Part shown: one piece after another, positions 1-13,091 of the stretch
Layout of the letters: every line of letters starts with the position of its first letter
How positions within the stretch are numbered: the stretch's first letter is position 1
DNA from: Hydrolagus affinis
Lineage: Eukaryota
Direction: 5' to 3'
NCBI GenBank assembly: GCA_012026655.1
Contig: JAAILG010001522.1
Span: 1-64,000 of the forward strand
Length of the DNA stretch: 64,000 nucleotides
Translations under genes and position numbers: made by a program
The notes under the pieces: generated by a model
Database searches by the model: none
What the model was told of the DNA's origin: nothing
What the model saw: the letters and a program-made list of their open reading frames with translations, nothing else

Positions 1-339
1 GTGGAGGGAGAGACGGGGTGGATGTGATAATATGCAGATAGATAGAGATGGGGGTGATGTGAGAGAGACACAGACAAAAAAACACAGAGATGGAGAGAGT
101 GAGAGACACAGAGAGAGAAAGATATTTACCTCCTGAGGAGATAGGCCCCGAATGCGCGCACACCTGCAATGCGCGCGCACCCGGAACGCACGCGCATCCC
201 GAATGCGCGCGCACTCCAAATACGCGCGCAGCCGCACATGCGCAGTACGAAAGACCAGAAAATATCGATATTTCGGTATATCTCGATATGAGCCCATCGA
301 TATATCTAAATCGGAAAATTTCTATATCGACGGACCCTA
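1..339. mobile_element. One end of a probable non-autonomous hAT (Ac-like) DNA transposon
   Basis: The minus strand begins TAGGGTCCGTCGATAT, a TAGGG-type terminus, followed by repeated subterminal ATCGAT/ATATCG motifs. There are internal CpG-rich GAATGCGCGC repeats and a GA-rich tract. The other end is not in the window. Confidence 0.6.
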
Positions 340-2199
340 GTATGACCAAAACATTTTCATGTGTAAGAATAAATTCAGTGCTTTCACCAGTACAAACTCT
401 AAATGCTAAAGGAAATAGATTTCTGAAGGAGTTTGATTTAAAAGTCCACATACCACACTTTCGTTTGCAGAACAGTTTTCTTCCTTTGATTCCCACTTCA
501 TGGATTTTAGACCAGAGAGGGTGCAATGGGAAAAAGTGATGCTCTATTATGTTATTGATACTATGTCTCCTGATGGTGATTCTCTCTCACCCTCCAGGGT
601 TGCAGGGAGCATTACATTCTAGATGGAAGTGTCCATGTGTAGGTGATGTACACACGTGGAACTCTCACTTGGGCTTTCCACATGTGTCAGAAACCCAGTG
701 ATCCATAAAACAAATGATGCTGATGGACCTGTTGTCGCACAAAACCAGCCCTTGTTTAATAGTGTCAACTGTTTTCAGTTGTCTTTGAATCTGAAAATAA
801 ATTTATGGAAAAAAATCCAGTTTTTGTTTTGATCTGACACACGCGAAAACCCATCACCATGCTTAAGTTTATCGGAACCACATTGAACGTTTCCCAAATT
901 TCTGAACACGTGATTTATTTTCATGTCTCCAGCATGGCTTTTTGTCTGGAATCCAAAGCTGAAAGTAATTGAGCATACAGAAGCTACCTATCTGTGTAAA
1001 TGGCATTCTGTGAGATGCTCAATGGGTGCCAAGCTTTGGCTATGTTTCAATTTGGACCACTGTGAAAATCAAAATAAAACAGACGCAGATGATATCCAAA
1101 ATGAAAGGGGTCTAATTGAGGGCAAGTCAGTTGTGCAAACATCATCAAAGTAAGGTTAGCGCACTGCCAATAACTCTCCAAAAATGCTTATGCTCTTATT
1201 TACCAAAGCACTCACCGAATGAATTATTTAGAACTTGGCATGTTTAGAGAAATAAACAGATTTAATTTGCCATAAAATAATACGATTAAAACAGCCTGAT
1301 GTGACTGTGCTAAACACGCTAGGAATGTGTTAGTTATTCGCAGCGAAAGGGACTGAATGTTGATGGGATTGATGAAGGAATAATGCATCATTGAATCCAT
1401 ACCAGAGTCCTGAGCTTGACTGTCTGAAGTTTCATCCTGTGATATAGCAGCCTTCCAACCGAAGCCATTTATAGGGGAAAAAAAACTCTGTAAGCATTGT
1501 TATGAGGTGGAAATAATTTGAAAAAGAATGTCCATCGCATCCATGCAAAGACACAGCCCCGAGTATGCTTAGTCATAGATAAAATTGAAATGAGGTTAAG
1601 GGTTCAGATATAATCCCATAAATTTACTAGGTATAATCCCACACGATAACTGGGACACTGCTCTAAGCACTCTGAGACTGCCTGGTGAGGAGGGCACTGA
1701 AAATTAAAGTTGTTGGACGTCCCCCCGACATGAAAGGCGCTCTAGATATGTAATTCTGTTGTTGTTGTTATAAGTACTATTTTAAAATGAGTAATATGGA
1801 TCTGCATCCAGGGACCATGAGCTACATATTAAACTACCAGCGTACTCAAAGTAAATCAGAAAGTTTTAATAGATCTGTCTGTCTCGGCTGAGAGCTTTCA
1901 TTATTTACGATCTTATCGGAAAGTTTATATTACTTTACAGGTTTCAGATTTGCTCACAGATGATATTTTATGAGTTGCATGAATATTAAATAGAATTTTT
2001 TTAAAAATTGCTGGATGGGTTATATCGTTTCCTCGTCATGTTCATTTACTATAGAGACCTAGGAGTGTATGTGACTCCAGCCCCCACACACTGTGTGTGA
2101 CTGGTCCAGGCCATATATATGACACTAGCAAGGGTATAATCCTGTAATTCTGTGATTGGTAAAGCTCCTTTCACACAGTACAGCGCAGGATTTTCTGTG

Positions 2200-2430
2200 A
2201 AGTTGAATGACTGTATGTTTGTTAGCAAATGTGGTAGCCCAATTGCACACAACAAGATTCCACAAACAGCCATAAAGAAAACACTTGTGGATTTGTCTTC
2301 CAGGAAACTGGGAGGAAATCCCTTCACTTTTCGAATAGTGCCATGGGATATGTCTACATGAATTCTGGCCTTGAAACCATTACCTTCTGATGTTGTGGTG
2401 AGAGTGTTACCGATTTAGTCAGGCTGACAC
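2200..2430 (-). mobile_element. Old tRNA-derived SINE relic (SacSINE1/DeuSINE-like)
   Basis: The reverse complement starts GTGTCAGCCTGACTAAATCGGTAACACTCTC. Related decayed heads occur at about 6830 (+), 34420-34490 (-) and 45790 (+). The body shares the cacaaacag/gcagccaatt segment with the younger SINE. Confidence 0.6.
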
Positions 2431-3099
2431 ATAAGAAATGTGCATAAAATCTACCGCCATGGTCAATTATCTGAATTGCAGGTAGAACAGCTGGAGTTCC
2501 TTCACTCAGCAGTCAGTGATGGGCTACCGACCACTCCATCTACTAGCGAAGGAGACATTAGCCGTTGAAAATAGATAACAGAAATGGAAAGATGCACATT
2601 TTGAACAGTTCAGTGCTTACGAGTAGTCCTAGCATTTGACATAATGCCTATATGGTGTCAAAACATCTCAAAGTCCTTGACAGTTAATTGCTGTCAAGTG
2701 CGGAGGAGATGTGTTTAAATATAGACAACTTCAGCAGCCATTATATGCACAGCAAGCCTCACAGACAGTCATGAAGTGAATTAGCCCAGTTTATCTGAAG
2801 GTTGTCTGGCAAGCTCCCCCTCTGCTTGTTCACCGAGGACTGTCCTATTCATTTGCCTCTCCAAGTCATTTCAACAAGCCAGGCTGGCTGGTCTATCATT
2901 GACAGTGCTGTGTGGTACTGTGGATACACCTAGTTCAAAAATGAGACTTCCAGGAATGTCACAAGAGAGTTGACTTAATTCTTACATTCTGTTTTTAGCT
3001 TGTCAAATTGAAGCAAGTTCATCTCCATGGACTCCCTGCTTATCTTTCCCCCAAGGAGACTAGTGTCTATTTGGTTATTTGACATTTAACAGCACAGGT

Positions 3100-3232
3100 A
3101 TTATAATGATAATAATGATAATAATAATAATAATCCTTGCATTTGTTGTAGTGCTTTTCATGTCTTCTAGACGTCTCAAAGAGCTTCACAGAATATACTG
3201 TAAAGTGAATTGACTGTATATTTGTGGGCGAA
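3100..3232 (-). mobile_element. 3' fragment of the young SINE with an expanded (TAA)n tail
   Basis: aataatccttgcattt...gtctcaaagagcttcacagaatatactgtaaagtgaattgactgtatatttgtgggcgaaa matches the full-length copies. Confidence 0.85.
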
Positions 3233-5629
3233 AGGCTTGAACCCTCACTAGTCGATAGCAGGTACCAGTTATTCCTGTGAACTTCCTGGTGAAAAACACT
3301 GCTCAACATGCATACTGACAATCTGGGGGAGTGATAGACCTTGTCCCACTTTGCAATAGACCATTGCAGATCTCAAAGACAGTATAGGGCCATTATTATC
3401 AATTTAGTCATTCTCAGTAAATGCGTTATGGAACTGAGAGGAATCTTTGTATGCTATTTGTTGTGAATCCATGTGACACACATCCCACCTCCCTATCTCT
3501 AGTGCTCTGGTATGCTTTTTACAAATTAAACTGAAAACATTTTTTGCTTAGCAACATCAGGATTTAAATTGCACTGGTCACTTCTGAAGCCAACAATCTT
3601 TTCCCTCAGTTTTTTTCCCCCATTTTAAACCAAATCCCAATAAAAACATGTAGCAAACCATGTAGCAAATCTCTCTTTAAAGGAATCAGTGAAAAATAAC
3701 TCCCATTCCTTTCTGGGATTTATTCATATCTTTAATTAAAATGCAATATACAAGAGCCTTATGAAGTTCAGCTTTTTAAAAGAAAATAAATTGTGGTAAC
3801 ACCACAAACATCAGGATGGCACAGCTCTCAGGAGCTGTGGTAAGATTTGTGGACATTGCTCCAATGCTCATGGTGGAGGAAAATAAACGAACCCACTCGA
3901 TGATCATTTTTTTAAAGTCAAAATTACCAGAAATGAACGGAAAGGGGCAGTGTATTGGATGCGTACTGAAATATGACTGCTTATGACAAACATCTGTTGA
4001 ATCTTTTGAATATTTCTATTTGTAAAGTGTTTTTATCAACATATTATTGTTCAAGAGCTGTTTTGTTATACAGGAATCTTAAGATTGATGGATGGTGAAT
4101 TCATGCAAAATTTATGATATATTGGCAATGTTTTTAACTGCAACATATAACAGTATGTTGGCTTATGTTTTTTTTCTATGCTGAAAATGTCCATGTTTCT
4201 TTATAAAAGGTATGTATTATGTGCCCCATTAATGATCAGACTTTATTCTGTAGTGGAGTCATGAGGTAGGTAAATTGATTATTCAATTATTTTAGTATCT
4301 GTTACCCTGATGGGAAACGCTATTGAATTCTGTAACAGTCAGTGAGTTTATTATTTAGGAGGTATATAAAAAGGCACTATAGACTGTTGTTGTTGTTGTG
4401 GTGGTGGTGGTGGTGGTAGTCTCTCCAGCAATATGGTGCTCTGAGACATTATCCCACACAAGTTGTTGTTATTATTGATGTAATCTCTGATCTGTGAAAC
4501 TGTCCGGATTTTCACTGTGCCCCTAAAGAAGTGTTACTCTCGGTGTGTAGCTACTGTATTATCCTGCTCTTTCAAAATCAACCCTTTTCCTCTAAATAAA
4601 AGAGAGACAATGTGTCACAGCAGGGTTTGGTACATTATTTTTCTGCTTGTAAAATAAGTTCTATTTGACCTCCCTGAATAGGATTTCCAATTTTGTGCAA
4701 ATATACTCTGTGTCGTGCAAATATATTCTGTCTGTGCTATCCCACTGTGAAATTGATTTGGATTGTCCAAAGTAATTTCAGGTAGGAGTCTAAATTTGCT
4801 AGAGAAAACTCATACCAGATCATTGTATTAAAGATGGAGCCATCCGTCATTGTTTAATATACTGATATTTGTGTACATTTGTAAGTCTTTTTTAAAAAAA
4901 CATCCTTTTGTATTTTCTTGTGACCCATTTCTGTTGCAGTTGGAATTTGAAAATCAGAAAGTACAATTTGGATTGAAAGCAAGAAATATAATGGTGTAAA
5001 GGCAATGTTTAACCATGCATATGATAATGATCAAATTGGTTCTGAAACTTTGATTTCTCCCCCTATTAATATTTATGGTTTATGTATGTTAAGGGCATAA
5101 TCATAATCCTTGTATTTGATACGGTGCTTTTCACACTAATATCCTGTTTAACAATTTGTGATTTAATTGTTTAATGACATCTCAAAACTCTATAAGTTGG
5201 ATTTTATTTTGAAATACCGACCATGTATGCTGCAGTGACTGTGTATTTTGTAGGTGAATGTGGCAGCTAACTTGTGCACAGCAGAAAGCAAAATACCAGG
5301 AAGTTGCATGAGTGCTCATCCACTCTACCATTGAGGGCGTTGATACAGGACAAACATATATCTGGAAGTCTCATTGATCAGCCAAAGAAGTTGGTTATCC
5401 AGCACCTGCCCTCCATTATTGATTGCCTATCTTGCTTTGCCAGCCTTATCTTGGAGCTATTCAAACCTAGTGAAGGCCCACTTAGTGGTTTGTCAGTAGT
5501 GTTTTGTCCCAAGTAGACAAGGACCCCAGATTGTGGTCAGAAGCTGTGTGAGTTCAAACCCCATTGAACATCAGCTCCTAGGCTGGCCTGACTCTCCACT
5601 GTAGACAAATTTAGGTCCAATCTGCTTGT

Positions 5630-5790
5630 TCAACAACAACAACAACTTTGATTTATATAGCGCCCTCCACACCGGACGGCGTCTCAGAGCACTTCACAAT
5701 AACGGATCCCGGAATCAAGCCAGGTGGGAGGGGGAAAATATGACCGAAGGCGCGGTCGAAAAGAAAGATCTTCAGCTGAGAGCTGAAACT
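5630..5790 (-). mobile_element. L2 LINE 3' end (tail type A)
   Basis: (CAA)n tail plus tttatatagcgccctccacaccggacggcgtctcagagcacttcac, the same tail as the copies ending near 15900, 19795 and 51590. Confidence 0.8.
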
Positions 5791-6324
5791 ATGCAAATAT
5801 GCAAACTGACCTTCCCAGCTTTACACAAAATGTTTGTAATACATTGAATGGCCTGTAGATGGTAACATCCACCTTCTCAAAACCTTTTAAACTCCAGTTC
5901 CGACTTCCATTGTCACCACCATGTATCTTGGCAAAAAAAATTGTTTCTACATTTTTGGTCCAAAGACAATGGTTTTGTTTTGCGGGAGGTGGGGGGTGGA
6001 GGGTTAATAGGCACAGTACATTCTGGTCTGAATCTACTTAACACCGCCATAATCCTTCTTTGCGTGCACCAGAGAAAATAATCCCTGTATTGGATAAAGC
6101 ACCTGCTACATCAAAACATCTCCAAGCTCTTTGCAGAGTTTCTCCCCATCTGTTTCCTATACAGGCTGCAGACTATCCTGAACTGCACAATTTATGTCCT
6201 CTCCTGCAGTGGCCCCACAAGAATCAATAACATTCTGGATCCTTGTTTTCAACATCAAGTCTCTCCAAGGACTCATCTCACCCTATCTTTATGACCTTAA
6301 CCTTCAACAATACTGATCAGCACT

Positions 6325-6428
6325 CAAAACACAAAATGCTACAGATGCTGGGAATCTGAAACAAAAACAAAAGTTGCTGGGGAAACTCAGCAGGTCAAGC
6401 AGCATCCACGGAGAAAGGAAAAAGAGTC
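6325..6428. mobile_element. Penelope-like repeat fragment
   Basis: cagatgctgggaatctgaaacaaaaacaaaagttgctggggaaactcagcaggtcaagcagcatccacggaga overlaps in sequence with the fragment at 42553. The family assignment is from recall of shark repeats. Confidence 0.5.
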
Positions 6429-8739
6429 TTTCTGCTTCACCACCCCTCCCCCCACCATCCCATCCTCTGTACCATCTGATGATCTGGGAGGGTTGGATTT
6501 GAACTGGTACATTGGTATATGATGGCTTCAGTATGCATTGTCATTGCAACTCCGTTCAAATTTAGTTTCGTTCAAAGCTGGGAAGCTGTTCCAACTGCTA
6601 TTGTATGAGCTGATTGCTTTTCATGTGTGAGTCTACACAGCAAGTTTTGGCACGCTGTTCGACAATCAATCTACCAGGCTGATTATGGTGCTGCTGACCT
6701 GTCTGAGTTCATTCAGTTGAGATTATCCAGATAAACCTCCCAACCTGCATGGGTTAGTGCATCCCTTGGACAATACCTTTATCAACTGATCATAAGAAAT
6801 CAGCATGAATCAGCTGGTAATGCATTGGTGTGTCAGCCTCAACTGAGTTCAATGGTAGAACTCTTGTCTCAGAGTGAGAGGTTATAGGCATTTGCATTTG
6901 TATCCTGACTTTCTCAGTGGTTCCTCTACTAGTGCCAGAAAGAACTATACTCAGGGAGAGCAGAACGGAAGCCTTGAAAGGACAATGTACGTTCAACAAA
7001 GGAAGAGTTTGAAGGATATTCTGTATACCAAGGATTAGCTTCAAGCTTCCAAACATGGCATTATTTGAAAAAAAAATGCAATTTCATAACTTAGAAATAC
7101 CTTCAAATTAGTCCAGTATTTGCACTTAAGGTTTGGAGTAAATATACTAAATGTGCACTTTGACTTATGAACTTAAGATAAACAAGATCTTTTGAGCAAC
7201 ATAGCTGAAAACAAGCTTGTATCAATGGATTTTAGATGTTTTTTAATACTGTACATCTAAAAATCGATTGATACAATTATCAATTGATACAATTTAATGT
7301 CTCGCCTTCACTTAGGCGATAGCCTGCTCTCAATAAATGTTTTTGTGAGTGTTGTGAAGCTGACTTATGGAAGAGGCTTCTTAACTGAGAAATGTACACG
7401 CCTGGGATAGAGCAGTGATGCACTGTACATCCACAGAAAATGTGCCTCATAAAGTGAACCCAGGTTAATATGAAGCACAGAGGTCCAATGTATGCATGAA
7501 CATTTCTTTGTCTGGAATGGAGTACAGTACATTCTTTCTCCTAAAAAGTATCACCCACAAAATATAAGTCAATTCATTTTACAGTATATTCTGTGATGCG
7601 CTTTGAGACATCTTGAAGATGTGATAATGCACTATATCAAATGAAAGGATTATTATCATTAAGCACAAGCTGCCAATAATCTAGAGGCTTGGGACCCACA
7701 GAATATGTATTGGAGTAATGCTTGAGTTAACCAGCTAAGATTGTGAATTCTCTCTGGCAAATGTGGTCCAGTCACTCACCACTGTATCATTAGGGGTTTT
7801 GGCTTGGCAGGTTAACAGGAGCTGAGTGGGAGGGAAAGGCGTAGTATCAGACTAAGTGTTTGAGCAGTTTGGTTGGATTTGTGATATGGAATTTCACTCT
7901 GTTAGTAGATCAGGAGAAACTGCACCTTTATTTTTGTGGAGCATGTACTTATCTGGTCTGGCATTTTTCTCAGAAGATTAAGTAAAACTGGGAATGAGTC
8001 CATAATAAGGAACTTGTGTGTGAATGTTACTCATGGGTATTCCCGATATGAAAGGCGTTATACAAATGTAATTGTGTACCAGTATTTGTATTTTCTCTTC
8101 TGTACTTTTTCAAGTTCTTTGATACCAAATGCAATGCTGTGTTTTGTTCCTTTTCCTTTTGAAATCTTCAAAGGCATCTTAGCCTTGTTGTTGTCATCGA
8201 ATATTGTCTTGGATTTTCAAATCCACCACTAATTGTTATGCTCTCACATGATTCCGTTTGCAAGTTTTGCTCGTAGAAAACATCAGAACAGATTGAATCA
8301 GTTTACTTTCTGAGGAAATTAAATGTAACAATGAATAAGTTAATCCTTGCATTTGATACTGTGAAACCTTTTGCCACCTTGTCAAAACACTTCAAAGTCC
8401 TTCACAGGATTTTACAATAAAGTGAATATATTTTGTAAGCAAACAGGCCAGCTAATTTGCACACAACAGTGCAATAACCATGCAGTGAATGATCAATTTT
8501 ACTCCATCATTAGCCAGGACACTGGGAGGAACTATCCTCTCTTTTTGAATAGTACCATGGAATCATGAGAAACATCACATGTGCAGGAGTCGAAGTCATC
8601 GGAAGAGACAAAATTAAGACGCTGGAATAGACAAGAGTGAAATTGGGAAAAGGTAGAATCGTAAAGGTGGAGGAGTGAGGAGAGACGCAGAGAAGAATGG
8701 AGTGGTCAACCCTGTTGAAAGTAGTGAGAGGTCAAGGAG

Positions 8740-9342
8740 AATCATAGAAGTTTACGGCACAAAAGGAGGCCATTCGGCCCATCTAGTCTGTGCCGGCTCT
8801 TTGAAAAGAGCAACTCAATCCCACTCCCCAGCTCTCTCTCCCCAAAACCTAACAGACCTATTCTCCCTAAATAAAGATCTAATTCTCTTTTAAAAGCTGT
8901 TATCGAATCGGCCTCCACCACCTTTTCAGGCAATGTGTTCCAGATTCGAACAACCCGCTGAGTGAAAACATTTCTCCTCAGCTCCCCTCTACTTCACTTT
9001 GAAACTATTTTAAATCTGTGACCACGAGTCACTGATTCGCCCATCAGTGGAAACAGTTTTTCCTTATTCACCCTGTCGAATCCCCTCATGATTTTATAAA
9101 CCTCTATCAGGTCTCCTCTCAACCTTCTCTGTTCCAAAGAGAATAAACCTAGCCTATCTAGCCTTTCCTCATAACTGAAGTCCCTCAATCCTGGTACCAT
9201 TCTAGGAAACCTTCTTTGCACCCTTTCCAATGCCTTAACATCCTTGCTATAGTGTGGTGACCAGAATTGGACACAGTATTCCAGCTGAGGCCTAACCAAA
9301 GTTTTATAGAGGTTAGTCAGCACTTCCTGACTTTTGTACTCT
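8740..9342 (-). mobile_element. CR1 LINE 3' fragment (ORF2 C-terminus plus 3' UTR) nested in an older L2
   Basis: ORF 8994-9323 reads LYKTLVRPQLEYCVQFWSPH...LEQRRLRGDLIEVYKI...TRGH, a typical CR1 ORF2 end. The flanks at 8570-8739 and 9343-9700 are purine-rich minus-strand L2. Confidence 0.93.
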
Positions 9343-12300
9343 GGAAGAAGGAAGTAGAAATGGAGATAATGTCAATGGTGGCTTTAACGAGGGCAGGCTC
9401 AGTCCTGTGTGGCGGGCGGAAACCACAGCGCCAACAAACGGATGTGGTGGAAAAGGAAGCAGCAAAGCTGGGAGGACGTGACTCATTTCATCTCTTCAGA
9501 GAGAAAGTGTTGGCTAGAGCTATGTCAGTAACGTGACAGCATGGTTGGGTTGAGCGTGGGTTTCTTAAAGAGGAGCAGGAGAGGGTGAGTGTAGGCCAGG
9601 GCAAGGGGAGGAGGAGAGGTGGGTGCCAGAAGCTGAGATGGCTGAGCAAATCTTGTTTGGACTTGAGAAGTCGACCTTTAACATTTTGATATACGGTCAA
9701 GTGATGCCAGCAAACATCACATCAAAACGTGGCAGTGTCTTCATAAAAAACTGCCTCGCAAAACCTTTGATTTATTTGTTGACACATAAAGTAAATTAGA
9801 TCAAAACAGTCATTTACAGTATTTAGGAGTTTGTCCTCGAATTTTTTTAAAAAATGTTTGCGAGTATTTGTTCTCCACCTAACAAACCGAGTGTCTTGAA
9901 ATATTCATGTTTCGAGTACTTTACTGATTTTTCTTTCAAAACCGAACCACACTCTTCCAGCGCCACTTCTTCGATTTTGCGTAAACTGTGTTTTTCGAAG
10001 CCTTTCTGATCTTTGAAAGATTTGTCACTTTAATGGGCTCCACACAGTCTGTCAAGGCTATTCACGGTAGATAGCGGCATCCCACTTTTGCCCTGGGCAA
10101 CCTGTCATTCACAGATCCATTTTGTTATGTCCCTCGTTCAGCCAACCTCTCCGAAAATACACACAGATCCCAGAGAAACAAAGAATGAGCCGAGCGTAGG
10201 CTGTGCTATCATGTGACTCGCAGATCTCCTTGTCCATATGATAATTCTGTTTCCGTGGAGACAGCAGCAGGATGCAATAGAATTCACATTCACTGGTTGG
10301 GAGAAAAGGCAGAAAACGAGCGACCCGGCACTAAGTCAAAGGAAAGGTTGGACCTGCGTAACCACCTCGCGTTTCTGCATTTCAATTCTACAAGGTGGGT
10401 GACATTCAAAGCTATGCTTCTCTTCGGATGTCCTTGGTGTAATCTCAGCTGTAAAGGATCGCCAGGTTGCGGTTGAGTTCAGGGTGTAAACATTGAGGTT
10501 TGTGCAGCATGGCACTTCAGATTTTCACCCACTACCTGAATGACAAATACAAAATAGAAGGCGCACGGAAAATGACTGGGAAACAAACTGCAATGTCTTC
10601 TAAGCTATTGTTATTTGTGTACAGGTATTGCATATATCCTATCTTCGATTAATAGTAAATTGCATTGAGTGTGTGAGAGTTAACCTACCTCTGTTAAGGA
10701 AGGAAAACCTTTAAAGTAGTCTGTGAAGTGAATAATGCATTATCTCATCACAAATAATTCACTAAACTGTCATTGATACTTTAAGGTGTTTTGTGCAATG
10801 TGTGTTTAATGTCTAACATATTGTTGCGTGCATGTATCTATAATATTAAACACTGTGCATCTTTAAACATCTGTTAGGCATTAAGTTTCATCATGTATTT
10901 GAAAAACAGAGTACAAACCTCTAAGTGACATTGTAGTTGAAGTGATATTCTAATTGAAGAGATTTTGCAGGAAAAGCAGGCTATGAATAAATTCTTATCA
11001 TAATGTATTGAATCCTAAATAGAGCAGAAACAGATTTTATGGCAGACAGTAAGGCAGAGGCAAATAAAGTTACAGCAGGCATTCCCTCGCCCCTTTTGGG
11101 GGATTTTATACCTGTCGTGAATCGCTCTGATGAAGAGAACTCTTGGTTTTGTTGGTTGACACGGTCTATCCGGCTGTTTGGACCATTGATACTGCTTTAG
11201 GTTTGTTTTCACAGCTTCTTGATATGATACTTCAGATCACATGTGAAACCTTCCTCTTTAACCGTGACGCTCAGTTAGCGCCACACGCTACACGCGTGAA
11301 GGTTGCTACGTGGGTGCAAATTGTTGTTATTGTGCTCATATAATAATAATAATCCTTGCATTTGATATAGTGCTTTTCATGTCTTCCAGACGTCTCAAAG
11401 CGCTTCACAGAATTAAACATTTGAGTTCAATCTTTTCATTTGAGTTCAGTCTTCACGGAACTCTTTCGGAAGCTGAATAGGAGGTTTGCTATCTGACATA
11501 TTAATTTATCATTTGTCTTTTCTGTTTGTTTAAACCTGTTCTCAAATGGAAAAATAAATATTGAACAAAATTGTATGGGTGATATGGAGGGAGCACATTC
11601 AAAGTAGCCTCTTGTGCTTAATTAACTCACTGTTTTCTATAAATGTACTGAAAGACATTGTCCAGTTCTATCATCCAGTTCTTATATGCATAAAATATAT
11701 GTGGCCAGCTTTCTTCAGCAGCTGCTCATGAGACTAGGTACTAATGATGAACCCCAGGCGGTCCACAGACCAATGTAACAGTCGACACTGGTAAAGGTAA
11801 AATCCAGTTCAATGCATATCAATGCAGTTTGTACTAATGTCATTACTGATCCACTTAGAACCAGAGGTTTTTAAAGGGATCATTGATAATGCCTTAAGAA
11901 AAACACAAAAGAAATACGCTTATTTCTGCACCCTTGTTGACCACTTCCCCTAAATGAGAGGCTAGAAAACATGTTTCTAGAATTTCTGGTAATGTTGCTA
12001 TGGAAGTAGCTAATGGGGTGGGTCCTTGAAGCTGCTCCCATTCCTGTTTTCCCTTCCTCACCAAGTCAGGCAGATATTTCTCGTCTCTGTTTTGTGCTTC
12101 TTCTTTGAGGCATGGTAAACGTTGAGAATTAACAAGTGAGAAAAGACAGGCTAAATATCTTTAAAAGCAAGTTGTGGTTGATAATTCACCTGATCCTGAG
12201 TTAATAATTTACTACAGTAAATTACTGCACTCTGATCTGTACTACAATCAGCCATTTCTAAAGCAGACTACAAAAAGCCTCCTTGACTTGTGGCAGTATG

Positions 12301-12727
12301 CTCCTGCACTAACTAGATATTTAATGATCCACCTTATTTTCTTTTAGAATTTTAATTATCACCAAACTTAACTTAAGTGACCATCCAATAAAACATTGAT
12401 TTAACCAGTGACGTTGCGTTAGCTGCAGCCTTTCCCAAACTGTGTCAAAGGGTTTTCAACCTGTCTTTCGAATATGTAGCAAGCAGGAGTTGTAGGGTTT
12501 TCACACTGATGGAACAGCAAACCAGCAAGCTACATGTGCTGAAGGTATTGAGGCCCTGATACTGAGGCAGGAGGTGCTATCATTCAGCCAGGAGTGGTGC
12601 AATAGAACAGTCACCTGGGCAGCCTTTACAGTTGGGAGCCAGAGGAAAAGTTACCCGAGTACAACAACAACAACTTTGATTTATATAGCACCCTCCACGC
12701 TGGACGGCGTCTCGGAGCGCTTAAATG

Positions 12728-13091
12728 ATAATAATACTCCTTGAATTGGATATGGTGCCTTTTCACATCATAGAAACATCTCGAAGTGTTTCACAGAATA
12801 TACTGTAAAGTGAATTGACTGTATATCTGTGGGCAAAATGCTGCAGCCAATTGCTCACAACAGCGTCCCACAAACAGTCGTGGATTGAGTGACCAATTTA
12901 TTTTAAAAAAATTATTATCCCCAGAAAAGCGATCCACGAAATGACTAACAACCAGGTTCCCACTGACTGCGAGGTAAACAGAGGTGTGTGGAGTAAGGGA
13001 ATTTCCCTCAACGTTTTGCCCTGCTGGGAATTGAACTCAGGTTTCTCGCTGGCAAGGCGAGTGCTCTGACCACTCAGCTACAGGATTCCAC
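12728..13091 (-). mobile_element. Full-length tRNA-derived SINE (longer subfamily)
   Basis: The reverse complement gives GTGGAATCCTGTAGCTGAGTGGTCAGAGCACTCGCC as the head, then the shared body and a TTA-repeat tail. Confidence 0.85.

Noticed and set aside
90-539. 149-aa ORF
   Set aside because: It runs through a GA microsatellite and the transposon-like repeat, has no recognisable protein motif, and is explained by low stop-codon density.
4915-4965. Strong-looking acceptor ctgttgcag followed by a possible in-frame 21-nt exon
   Set aside because: The only candidate donor (AA|gtacaa) is poor and the peptide has no similarity to dystrobrevins.
4695-11452. Short tandem duplications (gtgcaaatata..ctgt at about 4695-4732; catttgagttca.tctt at about 11418-11453)
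   Set aside because: Two-unit slippage duplications with no spacers or higher-order structure. They are not CRISPR-like.
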